From: Escherichia phage nepoznato
Strand: one strand, 5' to 3'
Sequence record: NC_052658.1
Length of the DNA stretch: 64,000 nucleotides
The notes under the pieces are model-generated. The model did not search any database, had not been told where the DNA came from, and worked only from the letters and a program-made list of their open reading frames with translations. The position numbers and the translations under genes were made by a program. The stretch's first letter is position 1. Each line of letters starts with the position of its first letter. Positions 55,890-64,000 of the stretch are shown in pieces.

Positions 55890-57914
55890 TTATCGTGTTA
55901 CAACAACCATGTCCACGATATTACCCACACCAGGATACGTTAATTGCAAAATTGTTACTGCGTTGGCAGTAGTTGCTATTTCTGTATCATTCAGTGCTCC
56001 ATAAGACGCATCTAGTGTAACCGTGTGTCCCGTTGTATCTTGAATCAAATAAATCATTGCTGAAAACGCTTTAGGCTTTGTAGAGCCAGTGACACCAGGC
56101 CATGCTCCAACTGTTAAAGCATCGGTTACTGTAACAACATACATATTGGAAGTTCCAGAAGGAGTCCAAGATGCTCCAGAGTTGGCAGTAGTTGTTTCAA
56201 GTTCCATGAAACCTGCTGTAACTCTAGTTGGTGTTATAGCTTCCGTAGGATCTGATCCTGATATTTCAATCCAGTTTCCATCAGAACGACCATAAGTCAA
56301 GCCGTCTTGAGGGGCTTCTGGTATACTAGGAAGAGTTCCTATAAGTGTCCACGTAGAAGAATCTGTTTTCTTAAATACTGCTCCAGTGGTAGTATTGAAG
56401 GCGTAATCATTGATAACACCGTCTCCTGCGACTGGATTAGTTGTTGCTACAAACCACTGTGCGCCGTCCTTACCGTTGGCCCCATCAGTACCGTTGGTTC
56501 CGTTTGTTCCAGGATCACCCTTATCTCCTTTATCCCCTTTTTCACCTTTGTCGCCCTTAATACTTCCCATGTCAACAAAAGATGCGGAATTGGTGTCTTG
56601 ATCGTAGGTATAGATGTAAAGATTACTGGTATCCTCAGTTAAGTAGGCATCACCATAGTTATTATAAACAGGGAGAGCTTCTCCGTTTGCAACATGACCT
56701 TTAGCTGTAATAGATCTGCCTCCCAAACTGCCTACATTGAGCCAAGTTTGGTTGTCATCAATCCACACATAAAGTTCATTTTTTATGATGTAGGCATCAC
56801 CGACCTCCGCTACAGAGGGTAACTCTGAAACATCTGCCAATTCTCCGTTTACAGAAAGACCTGCACCAACTGGACCTTGGATACCTTGAACACCCTGTTC
56901 ACCTTGTGGACCAGGATCTCCCTTCTCGCCCTTGTCTCCCTTTTCACCTTTTAAAGCAGCAACAAAATCTACTTCTGTCCCTTCATTACCAGCGTCCAGC
57001 CAACTTTGATATGCAGATTTCCCTTCGTCTCCATCTGTTCCATCTAGACCGTCTTTACCTGCCTCACCTTGTGGACCTTGAGGACCAACAATATTACCCA
57101 TGTTGACCCAAGCTGTCCCATTAGAGACATAAAGATTACCATTAATAGAATAAGCTTGGCTTACGTTTTCAGAGTTAGGTTGTGGTAAGTTACTTGTAGA
57201 AGGCAAATCTCCACGGTAATCAAAACCATTAGCGTTGACACCAGGTGCACCCTGTGGACCTGTAGGACCAACGTCTCCTTTATCACCTTTTATAGAGGCA
57301 AGAAAGTCATAAACAGATCCTGTATTACCATCTGCCAACCATACCTCGTAAGCTGATTTCCCTTCTGGTCCAAGAGAAGAAATAAGTTTCCAAACAGAAC
57401 CGTCCCAAGCGTAAATCACATCACCTACGATATAACCATCCCCTGCAACGTTACCTGTAGATGGTAGTTCACTAGTGCTTGCTAATGATCCTTTAATATT
57501 AAGTTGAGCACCAGTATCCCCTTTCAAAGAAGCAAGCCATTGTGCTTCTGTTCCAACAAAACCATTATCAAGTGCGATCTGATAAGCCGATTTACCAGCT
57601 TCAGGTATTGCTTCTGACAAATCATCGATCTGTTGTTGCACTGCCGTAAACTTGGCATTGATAATTGCTATATCATCAGCAGTCCCAACACTTTGCCATG
57701 CAAGGGAAGAAATACCACCTGTGGTGGCTGGCGTAGAGTTTGCTGGAACTACTTTAGGAAAAGTTCCTTTCCATTGGTAATAATTCCCTTCTGCCGCTAA
57801 CAGCAAAACTTCACGGGAATTACGTAATGTAAAACCTGCCTCAAAACTGCGACGTTTTCGATAAGTAGCTTCTACCAGATCGGCTATCGCACTATTAGGT
57901 CTTGTTAAATTCAT
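55890..57914 (-). CDS. Tail fiber protein with collagen-like G-X-Y segments
   Basis: Runs such as GDKGEKGDKGDKGDPGTNGTNGTDGANGKDG. Confidence 0.6.
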   Translation of the reverse strand: MNLTRPNSAIADLVEATYRKRRSFEAGFTLRNSREVLLLAAEGNYYQWKGTFPKVVPANSTPATTGGISSLAWQSVGTADDIAIINAKFTAVQQQIDDLSEAIPEAGKSAYQIALDNGFVGTEAQWLASLKGDTGAQLNIKGSLASTSELPSTGNVAGDGYIVGDVIYAWDGSVWKLISSLGPEGKSAYEVWLADGNTGSVYDFLASIKGDKGDVGPTGPQGAPGVNANGFDYRGDLPSTSNLPQPNSENVSQAYSINGNLYVSNGTAWVNMGNIVGPQGPQGEAGKDGLDGTDGDEGKSAYQSWLDAGNEGTEVDFVAALKGEKGDKGEKGDPGPQGEQGVQGIQGPVGAGLSVNGELADVSELPSVAEVGDAYIIKNELYVWIDDNQTWLNVGSLGGRSITAKGHVANGEALPVYNNYGDAYLTEDTSNLYIYTYDQDTNSASFVDMGSIKGDKGEKGDKGDKGDPGTNGTNGTDGANGKDGAQWFVATTNPVAGDGVINDYAFNTTTGAVFKKTDSSTWTLIGTLPSIPEAPQDGLTYGRSDGNWIEISGSDPTEAITPTRVTAGFMELETTTANSGASWTPSGTSNMYVVTVTDALTVGAWPGVTGSTKPKAFSAMIYLIQDTTGHTVTLDASYGALNDTEIATTANAVTILQLTYPGVGNIVDMVVVTR

Positions 57915-57978
57915 TTATCTCTCCTATTATTAGACCATTCTATTGGAAGAAGAGGGGGAATCCCCCTCTCTATTTCCA

Positions 57979-60900
57979 TTAGGTTGTTGGCACATCTACC
58001 ACTGGTGTTGGGCGAATAACCGCAGTATTACCTACAGAAACATTACTAGAATCGTTAGGTATGGTTTTGATTCTAACTCCAGCACTCGTAGGCGTTACAA
58101 TTGGATCTGCAATGTCTATTTTAACTGGGTTAGTCCACGTATCATTATCTTGATAAGGTGCACGAGTGATAACTGTGTCCAAATCTGCTCCACCTACACC
58201 AGCACCAGGAATACGGATACGTGTTCCTGCTGACAGAGGATAGTGATACAACCAAGAAGCGTTTGTTGCTGTCCCATTAGGAGTCAAGTTCTGGGTCAGG
58301 AAGGTATCTCCTGCTTGTGTAGCTCGAATACCGAAAGCTGGGATATCTGGAATGTATGCCCCACTTGTTGTTACAAGGAAGAACGTATTATCCGCTTTGA
58401 CTATCATATCCCCTTTGTCAAACTCCTTCCCTGTTGGGAAATGCATCCCATCAATGTTTCGGCTAGGGTTAGGCTCTAAGTAATAAACTTTGCCAGTTGT
58501 CCCTACAATAGCTCCAATACCACCTGCGATATTGGTATACATATTAGCTTCAACATTACAGTTGACACGATGAATATCCGAGTAACGGCAACGGCTCCAC
58601 TGTGGACGACCAGTAACCATCGTCTTGCCATCTGGGTAACAGTTTACGTTAACCATCTCAAGAACAGATTTTTCTCTACGGAAGAATCCATCATAAAATG
58701 TCCCTGGACCAGATTCAGGTTGACCAACACAATCGAAGATATTACAGGTGATGTTAGACATTGAAAGCCAAGAAGCTATACCGAACAACTGCAATGCGGC
58801 GCAACGAATATTTTCAAAGCTAACTCTGTTTTCATAACCTGGCCCAGCGGAAACTCCCGCAAAAACACGCCCAGTTTTGGTGTGAATGTTACGAACAGAA
58901 TAGTTAAAGCATGGATTTGAAGGTCTACCCTGTGCCGGAACTACCGGATTACCCTCTTCGTCCAGAACTGCGTTAGTTCCCCACTCCAAATAAATCATAC
59001 GGATATTACTTGCAAGTGTGCTACCGTCTGTTTTAGGCTCTCCATAAACACCATCAATCGTAAAGTCTTTACTTCCATACATTACAACTGCGCCAGTTGC
59101 CAAACCTGTCCCAACAGATACAGTTTGGTCTGGATCGCCATGAATGTTTTCGATAGAGATATTACGACCAACTTCTACGTGGACAATCTGACGACAACGT
59201 TTTGCAAAAACGTTACGAATTGTAATATTCTTGCAATATTGATCATCAGGAATTCCGTAACCATATGGTCCTTTACCAGCTACACCAATACCGATACCCC
59301 AGTTGGACAGAGGAATAGGAGCGTTAGTCCCATCGATATTAGACAGGTAAATATTCTCAATCACACAACCATCATCATAATGTTTATTGATGACGTTCAG
59401 TTCTATTGCATCACCTTGCATGTCCATGAAGGTAAGGTTACGGAAGACACCGCGTGTTACTGGTTCCCCTGTTCCTTGTTGAAGGATGCCATATAACCCG
59501 TTTTTAAAAGTACAATTATCAATTTCAAAAGTACCTGATATTGGGTTGCCTTGGAATACCAAGCTACCAACTTGACCTGCGCGAGGAGCACCGTCCCACA
59601 AACAATCGAACATGCGCACAGCACCACCCCAATACATAACACGAGAGTTACGGAAAGTTGTGCCTTCTACTGTAGCATTTTGCACACGATAGTCACGTTG
59701 ACCACGGAACACACCCCCACGCAAAGTGATACCTTGAATATCAAAAGAGCTTGTCGTGAAAGTCATATCGCAACCGTAAGCATCGAGAATCTTGCTTTTC
59801 GAAGCTTTTGCTGCTAACAGTGCCGCCTGGAAAGCTGCTTCTGGTGTGGTATAGGTAGTTGTATTGTTAGCAAATTCGGACAAGTAGACAACATCGAATA
59901 AATCGTTGTATGTTCCACCACGAGGGGTTAACAGTCCTTCTGTATTGGTCAGAACCCATGCATTTGGACCTAATCCACCGCTTGTCTCCAATGTATCAGA
60001 GGCCAAAATACTTTTTGGTAAACTTCCAGCCCAACGATAACGACCAGCACCACGTCCAATCGTCTGATTTTTAGCTGTCAGAGTTACGTTATTACCAAAG
60101 CTTGTAGGCAAATGAACAAACTGTCCACGTTCAACAGCCAGTGCAGAAAGATCTACGGACCCCCCAGAATAAGTCATTACTCCAGAAACAGATAAGGATG
60201 TTAAAGTTCCTGTGATGTTAGGAGGTAATGTGTAGGAAGACTGTGCTACTGGATCATACAGAGCTTTAATCCCTGTTAACGATTGACCTGCTGTTGCGTA
60301 AGCCACCTCATCATCTAACAAACCATATTTACGAGCAATAGTTTGCAGAGGGACTTTATCCATGCTTTCTGTTAGTTCTTCCGTTTTTGTTTCTAAACTA
60401 ACAAGACGGTTCTCTAGATTAGGATCTGTATCTGCTGAAGCTACGATTTTACCAATATAAGCAAAAAGCTTGTTTGGTAGTCCTGTTGCAGGATCGTGTC
60501 CCAAAGGTTCAGATAAAATGATTTTACTATCTTCTATGCGGAAAGCTTCTCCCAGAACCTGAATAACACCATTGATTGTAACAATAGCACTATCAAAGAT
60601 GTAGGGAGGACTGATTACTGTTTCATAACCAGTTGCACCAGAATATACCCAAGGGGTGACTTCTGTTGCTAGTTGTTCTGTCTTCAGTCCCCACAATACC
60701 CAGTTGTTATCTCCTACTGGAGTCCCTTGCATAGGAATTGGGTTTACCAGCGTAGCATTAGGCGCATAGTAATAACCACTCAACACTCCGTTCTGGAAAT
60801 AACGAAGTTGGTTAAAAACTGTTTCGTTTGTGCCTTGCGCCCAATCTAATGGACTTTTAAAGAAAAAGTTGTCAACAAGGGCTTTTCTCAGGGTTGGTAT

Positions 60901-61032
60901 CAACCCTGATTCTGTTTCAATACTCTCTGTAGCACTTCCATTAATAACATCATGGAGTTGGTTAGACGAGAAAATAACCAGATCTACGCCCTGTTCGAGA
61001 GACGTTGCTGGATATGTTGGGAATGTTGCCAT
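57979..61032 (-). CDS. Tailspike with right-handed beta-helix (pectate-lyase-like), putative polysaccharide depolymerase
   Basis: Asn/Gly-rich rungs NCTFKNG, NLTFMDMQGDAIEL, ITIRNVFAKRCRQIV, NISIENIHGD. Confidence 0.6.
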   Translation of the reverse strand: MATFPTYPATSLEQGVDLVIFSSNQLHDVINGSATESIETESGLIPTLRKALVDNFFFKSPLDWAQGTNETVFNQLRYFQNGVLSGYYYAPNATLVNPIPMQGTPVGDNNWVLWGLKTEQLATEVTPWVYSGATGYETVISPPYIFDSAIVTINGVIQVLGEAFRIEDSKIILSEPLGHDPATGLPNKLFAYIGKIVASADTDPNLENRLVSLETKTEELTESMDKVPLQTIARKYGLLDDEVAYATAGQSLTGIKALYDPVAQSSYTLPPNITGTLTSLSVSGVMTYSGGSVDLSALAVERGQFVHLPTSFGNNVTLTAKNQTIGRGAGRYRWAGSLPKSILASDTLETSGGLGPNAWVLTNTEGLLTPRGGTYNDLFDVVYLSEFANNTTTYTTPEAAFQAALLAAKASKSKILDAYGCDMTFTTSSFDIQGITLRGGVFRGQRDYRVQNATVEGTTFRNSRVMYWGGAVRMFDCLWDGAPRAGQVGSLVFQGNPISGTFEIDNCTFKNGLYGILQQGTGEPVTRGVFRNLTFMDMQGDAIELNVINKHYDDGCVIENIYLSNIDGTNAPIPLSNWGIGIGVAGKGPYGYGIPDDQYCKNITIRNVFAKRCRQIVHVEVGRNISIENIHGDPDQTVSVGTGLATGAVVMYGSKDFTIDGVYGEPKTDGSTLASNIRMIYLEWGTNAVLDEEGNPVVPAQGRPSNPCFNYSVRNIHTKTGRVFAGVSAGPGYENRVSFENIRCAALQLFGIASWLSMSNITCNIFDCVGQPESGPGTFYDGFFRREKSVLEMVNVNCYPDGKTMVTGRPQWSRCRYSDIHRVNCNVEANMYTNIAGGIGAIVGTTGKVYYLEPNPSRNIDGMHFPTGKEFDKGDMIVKADNTFFLVTTSGAYIPDIPAFGIRATQAGDTFLTQNLTPNGTATNASWLYHYPLSAGTRIRIPGAGVGGADLDTVITRAPYQDNDTWTNPVKIDIADPIVTPTSAGVRIKTIPNDSSNVSVGNTAVIRPTPVVDVPTT

Positions 61033-61035
61033 TAA

Positions 61036-61371
61036 TTACCCCTTATTCTGTGTACGTTTAACTATGTCATCTAGCATCATTTGGATAGTCGCATTCTTGA
61101 GGTCCATAATCTTTTCAATCTTTTGCTCAAGAGTGTTATTATTTGCCATTAATGTAGAGTTAATTTGATTTAGCATCTGGGTAAGTTCGGCTTTAGTTGC
61201 ATAAGTTGATTCAACAAAGACCAACTTCTTCTCTAGCTCTCGACTTTTCTCCTCCATTTCCTCAAGATCAGAGCCGAATTTATCCATTTTTTGTTTGAAA
61301 AAGAACCAGATGACTCCGATTAAAGGGATAATTGCATCCTTAGCAAGTCCCCATGCTTCTTGAAATTCCAT
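61036..61371 (-). CDS. Small protein with one N-terminal TM helix and coiled coil (111 aa)
   Basis: IIPLIGVIWFFF then heptad-like region. Confidence 0.5.
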   Translation of the reverse strand: MEFQEAWGLAKDAIIPLIGVIWFFFKQKMDKFGSDLEEMEEKSRELEKKLVFVESTYATKAELTQMLNQINSTLMANNNTLEQKIEKIMDLKNATIQMMLDDIVKRTQNKG

Positions 61372-61381
61372 ACTGTATCCC

Positions 61382-61921
61382 TTACTGAGTAGGTCTATCA
61401 GGCCACTGAATGTTGTTCAAGTCTTTCAGATCTAATAGAACTAAAGATGCTCGATATAATTTAACAGCTTTTAACCATTTTTCTTGTGTCTCTGACAAAC
61501 CTTGTAACTCTTGCAAATCTGTCAAAGCACCTATTTGGTTTCCAGCCCACGTTAATTCTGTCTCTAAGGTAGTATCCACATCTTCTTGTGTCCAAGTGTT
61601 GTGTTTTTCAAAAGTTATTCCATTATATCTCCATTGTCTTGGATATTCAGTCATACCTTTTGGAACATTATCTGTAACAACAACACGCATATTGTGGGGG
61701 AATAATCCTGCTGCGTCCTCCCCTACACCTAAAACTAAATTATCAGTGTTTAAGCTAACAAAATATGCATCAGGATACTTAGCATCCAACTCTTTCGACA
61801 AATCATACCAATCCCTGCCAGACGAATCCTTTAGAAATCCTACTCCTAAACTAATTAAAAAGAGCGTATCCTCATTAGGTTCTGGAGTATATAGTTCAAA
61901 ACCATCGTAAACAATATTCAT
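61382..61921 (-). CDS. tfa: Tail fiber assembly protein (lambda Tfa-type chaperone)
   Basis: C-terminus WLKAVKLYRASLVLLDLKDLNNIQWPDRP matches recalled Tfa end W-KYRV-LNRVD...IEWP. Confidence 0.7.
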   Translation of the reverse strand: MNIVYDGFELYTPEPNEDTLFLISLGVGFLKDSSGRDWYDLSKELDAKYPDAYFVSLNTDNLVLGVGEDAAGLFPHNMRVVVTDNVPKGMTEYPRQWRYNGITFEKHNTWTQEDVDTTLETELTWAGNQIGALTDLQELQGLSETQEKWLKAVKLYRASLVLLDLKDLNNIQWPDRPTQ

Positions 61922-61936
61922 TATTTATTCTCCTAC

Positions 61937-62968
61937 TTAATAGCTTACTGTTACCCATCCACCATTCACATAATACTGCAATGGCCCAGACCAATAAGAA
62001 GCACCACGAAGTTCTTTCTTATTACCGAAAGCCCAACCAGTCATAACGTGACCAGCATAATAAGGTGACTCTGATACACCTAATTGGATACGTCCGTTAA
62101 TACGAACTGCTGTTACACGGGCATTAACTTGATTTTGAAGTGAGTTTATTTGATTTTGTAAGCTGTTCTGCAAATTATCAATACGAGAATTTAAATTGCT
62201 GTTAACGTTATTCAAATTATTTTGAACACTGTTAATATTTGTTTGTAATGTGTTTTGAAGAGAGCTTAAACGAGAGTTCAAATAATCCAAGCGAACCAAG
62301 GCATTTCCGTTAGAAGTGTCTTGTCCATTGTTTGATCTTGGATTATCTATTAGAACATAACCTGCATCATATAAACGAACACCTGCGGCTACACCACCTG
62401 TGCTAGGATTTCTACGATAAATATAAAGTTGACCTCCACTTTGATATTCCGCAGAAATCTCTCCGTTAGTTTGTCCTGCAAAGTTCTTGAAAAACAGGGT
62501 TGCAGGATCTGTTGTGGAAGTACCGTTAACATAAACATCACCACCATAAATAGCACCACCTGCATCACGTTTTACCAACACGTTTGGTGTTACTATTGAA
62601 CTAGTAGCATCTGTAATGTTTGCCGATAAGTGATTATGACTGTTATCTTGAACTTGGATAGATAAAGTAACTTCTTTATTACCATTCCAAGTAGCCTCAC
62701 CAGTAGCATCACCTGCCATTGTAATCTTAGTTCCAACTAAAGGCAAGTAAGTATTAGGTAAAGTTGGAATAAAGTCATCCACCAAATAACGAATCCATAA
62801 ACCGATATTATTAAGAATCCAGTTCATTTCTTCGCAAGTCATGATTTGACCATAATCCATACCAACTGTGCGGATGGTTTCTTTAGGTCTAATTTTGTTT
62901 GTGTTTAAAGTTCCTGGGAGCGTTACAGTTTGTGTAGCCCAGTCAGGATAATATATTGGCTTCGCCAT
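61937..62968 (-). CDS. Tail fiber protein with Asn/Gln-rich coiled-coil repeats
   Basis: NSRLSSLQNTLQTNINSVQNNLNNVNSNLNSRIDNLQNSLQNQINSLQNQVN; followed by tfa. Confidence 0.65.
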   Translation of the reverse strand: MAKPIYYPDWATQTVTLPGTLNTNKIRPKETIRTVGMDYGQIMTCEEMNWILNNIGLWIRYLVDDFIPTLPNTYLPLVGTKITMAGDATGEATWNGNKEVTLSIQVQDNSHNHLSANITDATSSIVTPNVLVKRDAGGAIYGGDVYVNGTSTTDPATLFFKNFAGQTNGEISAEYQSGGQLYIYRRNPSTGGVAAGVRLYDAGYVLIDNPRSNNGQDTSNGNALVRLDYLNSRLSSLQNTLQTNINSVQNNLNNVNSNLNSRIDNLQNSLQNQINSLQNQVNARVTAVRINGRIQLGVSESPYYAGHVMTGWAFGNKKELRGASYWSGPLQYYVNGGWVTVSY

Positions 62969-62977
62969 TTAAACTCC

Positions 62978-63607
62978 TTAATCTATTTGCTTGAGAAGCG
63001 TACACATGCGTCCTGTTTCATCCCCAGTAGATTCCATGTACAGGGAACCTAAACCACCAATACCATGAGGCGGTTTGGTAGCATAATAAGAACTAAAACC
63101 AAAAGCTGATCCTGCTTTTGCTCCAAGACGGTAGCTGCTAATAATAGGAAAAACACTTAGCAACTGCTCTAAAGCTTGATCAGATTGAAGACACAGGTTG
63201 TAGAAAAACACGTCAAAGGTTTTATTCAAACCTACATAAGTATTAAGCGTTTCACGCTCGGTTCCTGTGAAACGGGCGAAGATATCAATTATGTCACCAC
63301 GAGTCCCCGATGAGGCTACGCGGTAAGCCCTGATTTTTAATATTGTTCTATACTCTTCATCATCAGAGCCATTACGTTCGATCCCCATTTCTTCTCCTAA
63401 GATATCTAGGTATTTGCCTGTGGCTGTGGAGATCAAGCGGTGTTTAGCAAGATAGATCATTGCCTGATCTATCTTTTGCTTTTCACTGGATACGATGTAG
63501 AGGAGCTTGACAATGTTAGGAGAAGATTTAAAATCTTCAATCAGAAGGTTTTTAACGTCTTCATTGATACTGGCCCAAGTTGTTACATGGTCAACACTCA
63601 CTGCCAT
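62978..63607 (-). CDS. Hypothetical structural protein (209 aa)
   Basis: ORF within tail gene block. Confidence 0.45.
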   Translation of the reverse strand: MAVSVDHVTTWASINEDVKNLLIEDFKSSPNIVKLLYIVSSEKQKIDQAMIYLAKHRLISTATGKYLDILGEEMGIERNGSDDEEYRTILKIRAYRVASSGTRGDIIDIFARFTGTERETLNTYVGLNKTFDVFFYNLCLQSDQALEQLLSVFPIISSYRLGAKAGSAFGFSSYYATKPPHGIGGLGSLYMESTGDETGRMCTLLKQID

Positions 63608-63609
63608 TT

Positions 63610-64000
63610 TTACACTCCATACTCGTAAGAAATGTTATCAAGGTCAAAAGAAGGGACAACATTATAAGCAGGAATTATATTATTCTCTGTATATTTACTG
63701 TCATCCTCAGTATTAAGTTTAACATAAACACGAAGAGAAGTCAAGCGTCCAAAAGCAAGTGCTGCATAAATAACACCTTTGATTTGATCGTTCGTTACTG
63801 AAGAACCTAACTCAAAGTAAGCTTGCAGGTTTTGTAAAGCTTCTACGATGTTTTGTTTTTCTGTTCCACTTAAAGTTGTTCCGTTGACAGTTTGATAAAC
63901 AAGTTTTACGGAATACATAGCAGAAGCACCAGGAGAGAAGCGAATAATTTCTTGTCCTCCATCTTCTGTTGTAACTGTTATGTTAGTTGTTCCGTGTGTC
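63610..64000 (-). CDS. Hypothetical structural protein, 5-prime partial (reading frame stays open to the window edge)
   Basis: No in-frame stop upstream of the ORF-track Met; start lies beyond 64000. Confidence 0.5.
   Translation of the reverse strand, partial: THGTTNITVTTEDGGQEIIRFSPGASAMYSVKLVYQTVNGTTLSGTEKQNIVEALQNLQAYFELGSSVTNDQIKGVIYAALAFGRLTSLRVYVKLNTEDDSKYTENNIIPAYNVVPSFDLDNISYEYGV

Noticed and set aside
55890-57914. Collagen-like G-X-Y repeats as a sign of eukaryotic contamination
   Set aside because: Flanking sequence and gene context are phage tail fiber genes with bacterial-type terminators; collagen-like segments are common in phage fibers
61410-61910. 166-aa plus-strand ORF
   Set aside because: Antisense to the Tfa-like gene, which has a recognisable C-terminal signature

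Overview
This window reads as part of a large virulent tailed-phage (Caudoviricetes) genome, gene-dense and AT-rich, probably from a Gram-negative enterobacterial host (inference from sigma70-type TTGACA-N17-TATAAT promoters, a lambda-type tail fiber assembly chaperone, and an SSB-like C-terminal DDNIPF tail). Layout: (1) 1-1270, non-coding region with tandem repeats and Fur-box-like palindromes. (2) 1293-9062, leftward cassette of about 22 small early genes, most with their own promoter followed by a conserved leader stem-loop. (3) 9172-10240, small HTH gene, GC-rich non-coding island, iterated palindromes and direct repeats. (4) 10245-16434, leftward operon including a NADAR (YbiA-like) protein, a multi-zinc-ribbon/T5orf172-like protein and a P-loop ATPase. 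(5) 16549-53148, rightward genes: UvrD-like helicase, nrdD interrupted by an HNH homing endonuclease, nrdG, an HAD/PRTase/macro-domain trio, a Ter-family module (TerC, SprT-like, TelA-like, vWA, TerD), a SleB-like hydrolase, four glycosyltransferases, primase-helicase, N6-adenine methyltransferase, family-A DNA polymerase with a LAGLIDADG intein, nucleotidyltransferase, SSB-like protein, HNH endonuclease. (6) 53176-64000, leftward tail fiber/tailspike genes. All calls rest on motif recognition by eye; no database search was run. Starts adjusted from the ORF track and small ORFs added by hand are approximate (a few nt). The most promising candidates for an undescribed system are the HAD/PRTase/macro trio with the adjacent Ter module, and the NADAR-containing leftward operon.
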